A model generated the notes under the pieces. That model was not told where the DNA came from. It searched no databases and saw only the letters and a list, made by a program, of their open reading frames with translations. The position numbers were made by a program, and so were the translations under genes. 64,000 nucleotides of DNA from Octopus vulgaris. Taxonomy: Eukaryota. Every line of letters starts with the position of its first letter. The first letter of the stretch is position 1. This document shows, one piece after another, positions 51,637 through 64,000 of the stretch. The stretch covers positions 91,946,001 to 92,010,000 of the forward strand of contig OX597817.1 of NCBI GenBank assembly GCA_951406725.2. The letters run 5' to 3'.

Positions 51637-52284
51637 TACACACATGTATGTATGTGTGTGTAACCTATGAAGTAGATATATAAGCATCTCCTTAAAAATG
51701 ATAAACTACATTAATCAATTTTTTAATCTTACTGGGTTTTCACACACACCAGCCTCAATCTCACACCCCCATGAACCAACACTTGGTGAATTTCCTTGTT
51801 TATAGCTTATGCTTACACTCACTAAATACACACATCGACACCAACCTCCCCATGCTCACTACCAAGCATGTACACACACTGACATTTGCACTGCCACACC
51901 CATCTGCCTCCTGTTTTGACTCTCACCCTCACAGAACAATTTTTATCTTGTTACCTCCCTACAATTAATTTTTTTCTTTACATTCATTTTCCTTTTTCTC
52001 TTTCACATACAGACACACACACATGCTCTCTGTTGCTCCTTCAACTTTTCATTCTGAAAGACCAATGTCTGAAACATCAAGACATTCAGTATTCACTTCT
52101 AGCATCAAATTAATGCCAGATATATCATACTTTGTTCTTTCTGTGTTGTATTTTTTACTGTTTTTTTTTTTTTGTTTTTCTTGTTTTGTTTTTTTTTTGT
52201 TTTTTACATTGCAATATATAATGAATTAAAGAATATTCTACATTTATATTGAGTTCTGTAATTTATCACTTCTGGTGAATCAAC

Positions 52285-52339
<55 letters not shown>

Positions 52340-52541
52340 ATCATCATCATCATTTAACATCTGTTGTCTATGTTGGCATGGGTTGGATGGTGTGATCAGA
52401 GCTGGCAAGCTGTGTGGGGGTGGGCTGCACCAGACTCCTGTCTGGTTTGGTATGGTTTCTACAGATGGATGTTTTTACATAGCACCACACAGGTGCTTTT
52501 ACACACATGCACATAAGTATATCTTTCTGCTATATTTTCAG

Positions 52542-52641
52542 GTACCTCAATCTCAAATAAAGGATGCTGGCTCCATTTTGTCCACTTTGAAGTCTCACAA
52601 AAATAGAGTAAATTGTGTAAAATGGATGAAAACAAGAAAAG
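52542..52641 (+). CDS. ELP2: ELP2 exon 2
   Basis: TTTCAG acceptor, VPQSQIKDAGSILSTLKSHKNRVNCVKWMKTRK (WD40 H..RVNC..W), GTTTGT donor, phase 0 to 1. Confidence 0.88.
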
Positions 52642-54268
52642 GTTTGTTATTATTTTGTTCAACTGTTTTGGAATGATTAGTTACCAACATCAGAATTCTC
52701 TTTGTCAGAAAACGCAGGTCATACCAGATATATGATCAAAAGCAATCAAACAATGACTATCCCATCTTTTTTCAGCTATTAGAGACTGGATCACATTGTT
52801 CAATGTATCCTTTTATGTGATGGTAGGTATGGTTTGAGGGAGATTTGGCTTCTGTTTCCAGCAGGTTGAGCAACCAAGCAGAGCTGCGACATGGAATTCC
52901 TCACCCACAATTAAATGTGAAACTACCTGCTAACAGTTTCTATAAACCCATATAAAATACAGTTCCAGCCTTAAGACCCTAACATTTATTTATGTTACAT
53001 ATGAATTTGTAAAATTAAAGATTTATTATGTTTTCAGTATCGATGTACCCCACTCCTGGCTTTTTATGTCCTTGCAAGTAAACTGGTTCTAAAAATTGTT
53101 GTCTATTCCTTGTACAAAGAATCTCTCACTAATTCCAGTATGGTTCCTAATAGATGTTGGATGCACAAATAAATTAAGCTAATTCTAGATCTTAGTGATG
53201 ATCTTACCATATTTTTACAAGTACAACTGAATGGAAGGCCACTCTAGTGGGAAAGCTAAGGCTATGGAATCTGCCAATCTTTGATTTGTAGATCAACTTT
53301 GCAGAATGTAAGATTTTGTCCCTCTTCATTGATCAGATGTCTTCAAGAGAGTCAGTTATGTGTCACCAGTTTTTGCTTCATTCTTTGAAGATGGGTCTTT
53401 GTATGTCTTTGAGAAATTGAATAAACCAAACTTAGCTATATCCTTGCCAAGTTTGGTATCATGAAATAATCAAACCCTCTGGTCCTCTAGTTTCAAGTTT
53501 TTAGCTTATTTATTTTTATGGAAAATTTTACTTATCATCCCTCATCTGAGGCCTGGCTTGTCAAAACTTTTGAAAAGTTTCTTCTATCTAAGCATTCAAG
53601 ATCACCAGCTTAGATTCAGGCCCCTACATTCTACAACTTCAGCAGTCATGCAATTCTCAACAACTTTTGCAATTAGATTTGAGTAGAAGACAAATACTTC
53701 GCACAGGACAGTTAATGATATAGTTGACCATTGTACAGGGTGGGGCATAAAGATCTCCCACATTTGGAGGAGGCACCGTGTGGACTTAAGTAGAACTAGA
53801 GAGGTGGGACAGGTTTCATTTGGAAGGCTAAGGTCTACTATTTTTTGTATTCATCATTAATTGCTTTCTTTTTTAGAACCCATGATAATTTGGAATGTAT
53901 GGCAACTTAGGCAAGTGTCTTCTACTATAGCCTTGGGCCAACCAAAGCCTGGTGGGTGGATTTGGTAGACTGAAACTGAAAGAAGCCTTTTGTGTGTGTG
54001 CCTTTGTCTTGATATTATGTAATAGTTGTAAATGAGTATTACCACCATATAATGTTGTTAACTTTCAATATTCCACGGAAAACATGGTCATGAGGAAATA
54101 TTTTCTTGCTTAGAAAGAGGTTAGGTTTCACTCCTGGAAGGGCATTTTGCTGTAGAAAAGCTGACTCAATAAATTCCGTCTGATGTCATGCAAACAGAAA
54201 ATAGATGCTAAACTATGGTGATGATGTGTGATTATATTACTTGTTAAATTTGTTCCATCTATCATCAG

Positions 54269-54339
54269 CTGCAGAATGGGAAATCATTTCTGGCTCTGTT
54301 GACAAGACAGCAATTCTGTGGACTCAAGTAGGCAATCAG
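54269..54339 (+). CDS. ELP2: ELP2 exon 3
   Basis: CAG acceptor, (A)AEWEIISGSVDKTAILWTQVGNQ (WD40 SGS.D....W), GTAACT donor, phase 1 to 0. Confidence 0.88.
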
Positions 54340-56312
54340 GTAACTTTTTTTCATTTGTTTCTTTCTTTGCATTTCTCAAAAAAATCTTTTCCTTAAACTC
54401 TAAATCACTCTCTTAATTGCAAAACCCCTCCACAAATCCTTCAGTTCCTTGTTAATTCCCTGACCCTTCACTAATAGTATAACATGAAAGTAAATGAGCG
54501 AGAAACTGACCTCATCATGACATTTGGTAATTATACAAGTTCATAAATAAGTGTACTTGTACTATATGACATTACTGTGCCATGTAGGTTGTTACAATTC
54601 TGTGTCATATTGGATGTTATTGCTATACCTTATGTGATACTACTTGTGACCGTATTTTGTGCAGTGCCTATACTCCAAGTATGTGTATTACATACACATG
54701 TGATGTATATAGTACATGAAGTAGATATGTACAGGGGCTAGTCGAAAAGGCAGCAACAGTACGATATGTGGTGACTGTTCTACATTATGCTATTTATAAT
54801 AACTATACATCATGTGATGGCTGTATTACATATGGTTATACATCATGTAACTATATGGCAATGTTTCTCAAGGTGGTATGTGGCTTATTTCAGAATGAGC
54901 TGTGTGTTGCAATAAAGGTTTAAAGTGTCTTTTATTCTTTTACTTGTTTCAGTCATGTGACTGCGACCATGCTGGAGCACAGCCTTTAGTCAAACAAACC
55001 AACCCAAGATTTATTCTTTGTAAGCCTAGTACTTATTCTATCAGTCTCTTTTGCTAAACCTCTAAGTTACAGGGACATAAACACACCAACATTGGTTGTC
55101 AAACAATGAGAGAAACACAGAGAAACAAACATATACAGACACACAAACACACACACATACATCTATATACAACGGGCCTCTTTTCAGTTTCTGTCTACCA
55201 GATCTACTTGCAAGCTTTGGTTGGCCCAAGGCTATAGTAGAAGACACTTGCCTAAGGTGCCACACAGTGGGAATGAACACAGAATCATATGTTTGGGAAG
55301 CAGGCTTCTTACTACACAGCCACGCCTACACCTATATATGTGTATGTATATATATATATATATATATTATAGGCGGTTTTAAGCTACCATGAGCTTTCTC
55401 TTAGGTTATATTATTATAATATATTCTCTAATTAGTTTTGTTACAGTAATGTAATGCTATTTATTGTTTTCTATTGAGAAATAGATTATTTTATTTGGCT
55501 TTTTAAGTAAGGGTGTATATAATGATTAAAACGTCACTTATAACTTAAGTGTTATCATTATATGCAAATCCAAACTATAGTATATAACGCCATAGAGAAA
55601 TATACTTATGGAACGCTAATAATATTAGCGTCATGTATGTATGATATTATCTTCGTGTTCATTTAACCGCTATAAGAAAATATAATTTACTGATTACAGA
55701 AATGCATATTTATACACAGTTGAAAAACGTGAAGAGAAAACATTTTCTTAATTAGTTTTATTATATAAATATAACATTTTATATTATTTACATGTGAAAG
55801 GAAGGATAATTTACGGCATGTAGAAGTATGACTATATATTTCACTAGCTAATTCATAAATCTAACTAACACTGAATCACAACAATTCAAAATAGACTTGT
55901 TGGATTTCCTTTGGACATGGCATGAAAATCACCAATGAGTGTCATGGTGTTCAGTTAAATCCAACAAACACTAAAGTTTTTCCAAAAATCCAGAGTTTTT
56001 ATAACTGCTCAACTTCACTAAAAAGAATCGAAATTTCATACAAATATTCTTTACTAATCCTTATATGAGCAGTTATATTAACCAATGGAAAAACGACAAT
56101 AATATTTCTTCGGCAATACGACATTACATCATATTGCCAGCTACTGCAAATTGGCGCATTATTTTAAAATGGCTACTTGCTGCTTGCTACAATATATATA
56201 TATACACACACTATCCTTGTCTGTTCATAATAGAGTTCACTTTTGCTGGGAAACAAAAGTAGAAAGTGGGGCAAAGTGGTTGATAAATGCTTTGCTGCTT
56301 TTAGTGACAATA

Positions 56313-57396
56313 CTAAGAAGGTTGGCTGAAAGTTCTTAGGCTGACCAAGATACTCTCATGGAATGGGATCAAATGAAATTTATTTTTCAACATAGTCTCC
56401 ATCTTGTAGTCCACACATTTCTTCCATTAATGTTGCAGTGCTTAGATCTCATTGGTGAAGAAGCTTTCATCTTGTCGCTCAAAAAGACATCATCACTGTA
56501 ATACAACTTCTAAGCCAAGTGTTTTTTCATGTAACGGAACACATGATAGTCAAATGGGGCCAAATCAGAATTATTGGGAGGGTGATCATTCATCAGTTTT
56601 CCTGGGCATTTGATCTTGATAGCCTTTGGTAACTGCTTCAGCAAGTTGACATAGTACTCTCCATAGATGGTTTGGCCCATTTCAAGATAGTCAGTAAACA
56701 TGATGCCTTTTGCATCTGCCAAAACTAAGTCCATCATCTTCCTTTCAGATGAAACTACTTTGGCCTTCTTTGGAGCAGGTGAGGAAGGGAGTTTCCACTG
56801 CATGGATTGTTTCTTTGTCTCTAGCTCAAAGTGATGAAACCAGCTGGATCTCAAACAATGTTAGATTTTTTCACATGGTGTGCTTTTGATCAGGTGTCAG
56901 AAGATGTGGCATCCACCAAGCAGAAACATTCGTCATACCAAGTTCATTACGTACAATATTCTCATCTCTCTCTGGGATGTATCAATAGCATTGACTATTT
57001 GATTTATAATCAATCACTTGTCATTTACCACTAGGTGGTGAACACAATTTCGTTGGTAGTGGGAGGTGCAGGATGTCCAGACCTTAGGTCATCTTCAAGA
57101 CTCTCCCTTCCCCTACTAAATTCAGCTTCCCACTTTTGCACTGTTGATGAAGGTGGAGCATCATCCCCTAATGTAGCTACCATGTTGGCATGAATGTCCT
57201 TGGGGGTTAAACCCTTTTTCTGTAGGTACTTGATAACACCACAATACTGAATTTTGTCCATTTTCTAAAGCAGTCACTACTAGTTACTTTTGAAGTCTTC
57301 TTTGAACTGTCAGATGCCAGTTTACCTGGAACGAAACAATAGCGTTATTAATAAGAGTTGACACTAATGCATGCAAGATTTCACTTTTCAGCCCAC
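56313..57396 (-). mobile_element. Mariner transposon (decayed) in ELP2 intron 3
   Basis: MDKIQYCGVIKYLQKKG, ETKKQSMQWK and SDLAPFDYHVF, with TIR-like ends GGTTGGCTGAAAG and CTTTTCAGCCCACC. Confidence 0.85.
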
Positions 57397-57539
57397 CGGA
57401 GCTTTGTTACACGTTGGAAAGGAGGAATTGCAACCACATTTCATGGTTTGCTACCTCAATAACTTATTTATAGGATCCAGTGGCTAAAGACATCATCAGG
57501 AGGAACCATGTCCATTTTCAGCTCTGGTGTTGAGTGCTT

Positions 57540-59335
57540 AAATGTCAGCCAGCCTCACCTAGCGATGCTATTTCCCAGTTGGCATGTTATGGCTTGAAAG
57601 ACATTTTGGGTTTTCTCGTTTCAGCCGTATATAGAAGCTGGCTTTATCGACTGCCACCTATATCCTCCTTATTACTTTTCTCAGTTCTAAGCCCGAGAAT
57701 GCAAACCTTCTTTTAAATAACATCACCATTTTCCTTTCAATGAAGCCTCTAGCCCCCACTGCCAGGTGGTAATACGTGACAGTCCATCCCTGTTCTCCAC
57801 ACTCTTCAATTAATCTCTCATACCTCTTCTCCTTCCATTGTTCTGCATTAGCAATATTCTTTTCCCATGGCACTGTCAGCTCCAGCAAAATCCAATTTTA
57901 CATTCTGTGTTCCATAGGATTAAGTCCGGTCTTTTTGTTGTTTTTATGAGTGGAAATATTAACAGTCTTTCCAAATCCACTGTCAGCTCCCAGTATCCCT
58001 TCCATCTTTCGTCTGTCTTGGATACTTTATTTGAAGGCTTGGCCTTATGTCCTTTTCCCTCCTGGAAGTATATCCTTCCATACTTTTCCACTTTTGGGTA
58101 CTCTCCTCTATTACATCCCTCAGTTTTCTCCTTCAGTACTGTGCTTATGATACTGAGGACTTGATTGTGATGCAATGTATATCTGTCTAGTGCTAGCCTG
58201 CAGTTTGACAGAACATGTCTCACTGTCGCTTTCTCTCCTCATCTATATTCATTAGTTGTTTGTATGTTCCACCAGACACGATCAGGAAGGATGCACTTGC
58301 TTGTTCCCAAGCCCAAAGTTCCTTCAGTGAGATTCTGTGACTGACATATTCCTCCCATCTCAGGCACTGTCCCTGTTGACTACATTTCTTCTTTCCTCCT
58401 TTCTCACGTTGTGTACTGTTATAAACCCAATCTCGAATATCTTTCATCTCTTTTACATTGCTCATGCAAAATGGTTTGAAATTGTGCAACCCTAGACTGG
58501 CTCTTGCTTCTTGCATTGCTCCAACTATATCAGCATGCCTTAGCTTTCTGATCACCCTGTTTACTGCCTCTTCCACTTTCCATTTCCTCCCTGTTCATAT
58601 CTTTGGAGGTTTTTTTCAGATGTTCTGATCTTTCGAATACCTTAGTATCATTACTGTCCTTGCCTTTCCTGCCTTATATTCTTCGGCGATTGATGTTATC
58701 GGTAGTTGCAGCATTGGTTTTCCATATAGTGCAGTTGTATTCAGTGGTTTGGGAAGACGAAGCCATTTTCTGATAACACACTGCATATTTGTTCTATTCT
58801 TTCTACTTTACTCGAGGCTATTTCGTACATTTACAATGGCCACATTATCGTTAGGTACAGTCCAAATTGCAGTATCCAACATTTGAATTTCCCCAGTAAT
58901 GTTCTGTCAACTGCCTTTAGACTCTGTTCCACGAAATCGTGTGTTTCTTATCATTTAGTAAATTTCTGTACCATCTGCTGAGACTCTTTACTAGTTTTCT
59001 TTCACTGTTGGTATATCTTCACCTCCTGTCCTGAATTTCACTTCATTTTGGACTCCTTTCGCGAAAGCCATGCTTCGAGATATTTTGGCTTTGAATTTCA
59101 TTCTCGCCCATCCTATTAGTTCGTCCAACCGCTCTAACGTTCCATCTGCTGCTTCTCTACTTCCTCACAGTTTGTTGATCGTAGTAACATCTCCATGACT
59201 AGCACAAATAAGATAACTGATATCATGCTCCCAGCTGCAATACCAACTTCAATCCGTTGCCACTCCATTGTGAACTTTGCTGCCGTAAATCTCATCCTCT
59301 ATTTATCGTAGTAATATTGCATGTGTTGTGGCCTT
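57540..59335 (-). mobile_element. HERO/R2-superfamily LINE with restriction-like endonuclease (decayed), antisense in ELP2 intron 3
   Basis: HVLSNC..ALDRY..HNQVL, RPDLILW, LELTVPWE...KEKRY and AVGARGF. Confidence 0.8.
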
Positions 59336-60170
59336 CCCAGTTATTTTTAACTCAAGATAAGCTATACGAGTTATCTCCCTTAGACCATTTCCATAGATAA
59401 TTTCGCCTCCACTTCATTTATATTTTAGTCAATAGTCTGTCTGTCATATTTTAATATAAATGAAATAAAACTTTACAGATAGACCGAGATTAGAATTTTA
59501 TTGTTCCAGTTTCTTTCCTGCTATAGAATTTTTTCTCTGTCAATTCTTATTAATATTAATGAAAATATATTTGCATATATATTACCTTTTTATCATCTGC
59601 TTTCATTTTTCACTCTGAATGAAAATTCATATAATTCTGTCTTTTGTGCAGGTTTAAATTTCCTATGTTTTTTGAATTTATTTTTATTAATATTTATTTA
59701 AAAATTTTTCTTGTTACTAAATCATGATGATGATGACCAGCATTGTTGTTGTCAATTTTTTCATCATTCGTCACTCATTTCTATGTATTCAAGACATCTG
59801 TTGTTTCATCTAGCTATCTTACCACAAAGTTTTCTTTTATCTACCCTCATCTTTTCTCTCTCAGTAAATGGAGCTTTTTATTTGGTTAGTTGACCTGCTA
59901 GAAATAGCATCCAAATCCCCCAAACAAACCCTATTGTCCTGAAAAGACAGTGAATAATATAGTATAGGCTTAGTATTTTGAAAACAAGTGACAGATTGTT
60001 CATGATTCGAATATTTTTTAATCATTGGCCTGCTTATTTGGAGCCAACTTAAGGTTATACATCAACAACAGTCTTTAATTCTAAAAATACTATCTGCATG
60101 TTTCAGCTATGCACTCTCATTTATCCTTAGCCACATTAAATATTTAGCATTCAACATACTTACATTTCAG

Positions 60171-60354
60171 TTCCAGTGTTCCCAAATTCTGGCTGGGCAC
60201 GATGGTGCTATTACAACTTTGGATAATATAGAAATTGAAGATTTGGATTTTGAACCAAAATCTGAAGTAACTGAATCTCCTTCAATCCATAACCTCATTG
60301 TAACCTCATCTGTAGATTCTACCATTAAAATTTGGCACCGGTTTAATTCTGAAG
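60171..60354 (+). CDS. ELP2: ELP2 exon 4
   Basis: TTTCAG acceptor, FQCSQILAGHDGAITTLD...LIVTSSVDSTIKIWHRFNSE (WD40 GH...SS.DS.IKIW), GTAAGC donor, phase 0 to 1. Confidence 0.9.
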
Positions 60355-62229
60355 GTAAGCACCTGTCTCTATATCTTTTGCATCATTCTGATTGTTTAGG
60401 TGAGCCACAGATGTTCTTAGAATATTAATATTCTACCTGAAGGAGACTATTTTCATATTGAGTCACTAGCATCATTGACTCTCCATAGCCAAATCCCTTT
60501 TATCTGTAAGTAGGTACTATAATATATGAAATGGGTCATTACTGCAAGCAGTGGCAACACTTTGAAACTGATGCAAGTTTCTATGTTGTATAGTACTAAG
60601 TTGAAGTATTATTTTCACTTTTATTCTTATCAAATGCAATAAACTGTAACATGGTCCTATGTTTAGTTTTAACCAAGTTACTCAAATTGATTCACACTGT
60701 TGTGACCAATTATTTGTGAATAAAATAAACCTCAGCCTTATATCTAACATCCTTTCAGTTCCATCAGATTATATACAGGGACCGTATTGTCCTCTATCAG
60801 CTCCTTTCATTCTCTTTCCAGCTTGTTCTTTTGTATTCATTCATTTTTATTTGGTATAGGTGTGTTATTTATACCTGTTTCCTCATTCTTCAGATGTTTT
60901 CCTCTTCTAGACATGTTTTAATCAGTCTTTCTTACTTTATCATGTTGCCTATATTCCTAATATATCTCCCAAGTTATTAAGTAATTGTATACTTTCCTCC
61001 TTACAATTAAGCATACAAATACCTCATGGTTGTATTTTGAGTTTGTCACTGTATTTCTGTAGTGTGTGTTTATGTATACATATCTAATTTAGTAAAGTTT
61101 GTAGTTGACTATGAAATCTAGAAACTGATTTCCTGTTGTATCAACAACATATGGAAATAAAGAGAAAAGCCAAGGAGGTAATTTCTTGTTACCTTAGCAA
61201 GAAGGGATTGTAACATAGCTCCATTAAGATGTATGAGAAAGATACTGGGTAGGTGTCTGTTTGAAATTCTCAGGTAAAAAGTAAATGGCTCACTATCAGT
61301 TTTGATGATGAGTATTCACTTGTTTGATTAACTGAATTACCTGCTCATTCAGTTAGCATGTAAGTGGCTGAGTGTTTCACAAGCACTTGTATCATCATCA
61401 TCAATTTACATGTTTTCCATCCTGTCATGGGTTAGATGAGTCGTCATGGTCTGAGCTGTTTCTTTTGGGAGCTACAACTCAGTAAAAGTCTGTCACTTGT
61501 ATATTTCATTTGCTCTTGGTTTTTCTAGATGGATGCCCTTCCTATCACCAACCACTTTACGCAATGTACTGGGTGTATTTTCTTGTCGCACTAACACCAT
61601 AGTATTCAGTGACATAAAGTCTGTAAACTGAGGAGCAGAATAGGAGAATAATAACAGCAGAAATGGGTGGTTGAGAGGTAGAGATATGAGTGTAGAGAAT
61701 ATTCATTAGTGCATTTGCATTTGCTCGGGTGACCTTAGAGGTGGCCGGAGGGGTGGAGTATATGAGAGAAAGGGAACAAGACCTGAGATAGAGCAGATGG
61801 GTAAAAATGTGGAAAGAACAAGAATATAATGTGAAAAGGCAGTGATATTTGAGGGTGATGTCAGGAGAGAAGTGATCAAAGGTAAGAGTCGATGAGATAA
61901 AAAGCAAGAGAAGGTGTTGGCTGGCAATAGATTTGATCCAGGTGAGTGATAATGCTGACTGGTAGTACAACAAGGTGAAGCTAGATTGTATTGGGTAAGG
62001 AGATGAGGGCAGTCCAATACAACCTCATATATGCAAGCTGAGAGAATGGCAAAGAGGTCAAAGTAAAATGAAGTGGATGATGGTGAGTTGACAGAAGGTG
62101 GGCTATGAGTGAGGAAAAGATGGAAGTGATGGGGGGCGGGAGTCAAGTAAGCCATAGGTATACATGAGGGAAGTGAAGGAGCAGCTAAGTAGGTTTGGCA
62201 GGATGCAAGCTTGTCATGATTTCTAAACA

Positions 62230-62660
62230 CTAACTTTTGTAACTGAGCATGTCTTGTCATGGGCAGAGATCTTCTGCAATTTTGCAGTCCTTTGTCATTT
62301 CTTCTGTTTGATGCAACATCATCAGATCATCTTTCACCTCTTGTTTCAAGTCTTTCATGTTCTCTTTCTTCCACATGTTTGACTAACTTCCTTATGTAGA
62401 AGTCCTCTTCCATACACATTACATGTTCATACCAGCACAGCCTCCTCTCTTGCACACTATACCTAATTCTTATACCCAGTCTTGCTCTGTGCTCATCTAT
62501 ACTTTGATATTCATGCTCACTAACATTATATTTCCATGGGAACATGCTGACTTCATTTCTTTCTAGCCTTCATATGTCTTCTACACTCATTGCCCGCATC
62601 TTGCTACCATGTAGCATCATAATTCTAATACAAACAACCTACCCGTCACTCTGTAAGAAA
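62230..62660 (-). mobile_element. RTE LINE 3' fragment (decayed)
   Basis: SVQERRLCWYEHV, homologous to 4025-4567. Confidence 0.7.
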
Positions 62661-62809
62661 AGATCATTATTAACTACAATGCTAATAACTCCTTAACTTT
62701 GTGTGTGTGTGTGTGTGTGTGTGTATGCAGGCATGCATACAGATAGATATATGTATATGGATAGATAAATGTGTATATTTATGTTTTTCTCTTTACCCTT
62801 TCTGGTCAG

Positions 62810-62890
62810 AATTTCATGACATCCAAACGATACCATTGAATACTGGGTTTGCCCTTGATGTGGCTCTGGTTTCACCTGAAAATTCTTCAG
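62810..62890 (+). CDS. ELP2: ELP2 exon 5 (gene continues beyond window)
   Basis: CAG acceptor after a pyrimidine tract, (E)FHDIQTIPLNTGFALDVALVSPENSS (compare the ELP2 QT....GFAL motif), GTAAGT donor, phase 1 to 1. Confidence 0.88.
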
Positions 62891-63419
62891 GTAAGTTATG
62901 GACATTATTCTTTTCTGTATTTGATTTAAAATTAAAGCATCACAATTATCCAAACATCAAAATATATGTAAATATTCTGTCAACTTTCTCAGAATTTCAT
63001 TGAGGTTTATCTTTAACATTAGTTACAAAGTCTAAAAGTGTTGTTAAAATGTTAATGATAGTAATGACTGTGTCGGTGGTGATGTTAATTATGACTTTGG
63101 TAATGGTGATAATAGTGATGACAATATGTTGTTGATGGTGGTGGTGGAGGTCCAACATGATTGGTGAGACTGATATGTTGACGTTTGCATTGAGTTGGTG
63201 CAGGAAAACTGTAGGTGAGAAAAGAATTGCAGAAAATCAAAGCCCTTTTGGATTTTTTACGTATGAAGCAACCACAACAGCTATAGCAACATTGTCCCAG
63301 ATGCAGATGTTTTGTCACTGAGCGTCTGGCATTAACAGCATAGTACTAGCCAGATGTAAGTGTAGCATTTCATTGTGGAATTCACTTGAACTTTGCTGAG
63401 AGTTACAAACAGTGGCCCC

Positions 63420-64000
63420 TGAAGAGGAAAACTAGCGAATGGGATAGTTTTTGGTCTGTTGTATGTGGGTCTAACCATCAAGGAAGATCAATGACTTTGA
63501 TACCTGAAGGAGTTGGAAGTTTGAGAACCCTTCACATGGTCAGAAATTTAGGGATATCCTTACCGAGAAATTTGATGTTAGAGAGGAGGAGCTACAGTCC
63601 TGTGACATAGAAGGCAGCTGGAAATTCCTGCAAGACAGCTTGCTGAGTGCCACAGACCAAATCTATGGCTGATGCAAAGTCCCTTCCAGACCTCAGGTAA
63701 CATGGTGGTGGAACAATACTGTAGACAGAGCCATTAGAACAAAGAAAAAGGCTTGGAAGGCCTGGAAGAGTTGGGGTAGCAGGAGAATGTGTTAGATAGC
63801 CAAAAGGGAAGCTAGGAGAAGGTGTATATAGCCAAGGGAGTAGCAGAAAAGAAGTTTACCAAATGTTCAGCAATGTGAGGACCAAAGAACTGAAGTATTT
63901 CAGATTGCAAGACAATGTGTGAGAGAAAACCATGATGTCACAGGAGAGAAATGTGTTCGCATGGATGATGGTGCCCTTGCTTTTAATGATTCTGCAAAGA
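63420..64000 (+). mobile_element. RTE LINE fragment (region upstream of RT), same family as 3433-5882
   Basis: 63905-63995 matches the reverse complement of about 5790-5882 (CVREN.DV.GEKCVRMDDG). WWWNN motif near 63700. Confidence 0.8.

Overview
Repeat-saturated, AT-rich eukaryotic DNA, most likely from a coleoid cephalopod such as Octopus. This is an inference from the mollusc-type 5S rRNA pseudogene, dense tRNA-derived SINEs, RTE LINEs and (TA)n/(CA)n/(TAA)n microsatellites. The only host gene I can support is the 5' part of ELP2 (Elongator complex protein 2, WD40): five phase-consistent exons on the + strand from 49383, continuing past the window end. The rest is nested, decayed mobile DNA: RTE, R4/Dong-like and HERO-like LINEs, Gypsy elements and solo LTRs, mariner/Tc1/Tigger transposons, TTAA MITEs, at least three non-autonomous Helitron families and several SINE families. 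The most notable pattern, invisible in the ORF track, is a set of about five unrelated Penelope-like (pseudo-LTR/retrozyme-type) insertions. They sit at microsatellites, most have an inverted-arm structure, and each carries a minimal type I hammerhead ribozyme motif with a self-complementary stem III. The catalytic cores differ between families (canonical CUGAUGA and CUGAAGAA, A6U-type CUGUNGAA, G3-C8-type GUGAACA, and a probable CCGANGA type). All alignments and folds were done by eye, and most transposon boundaries are approximate.
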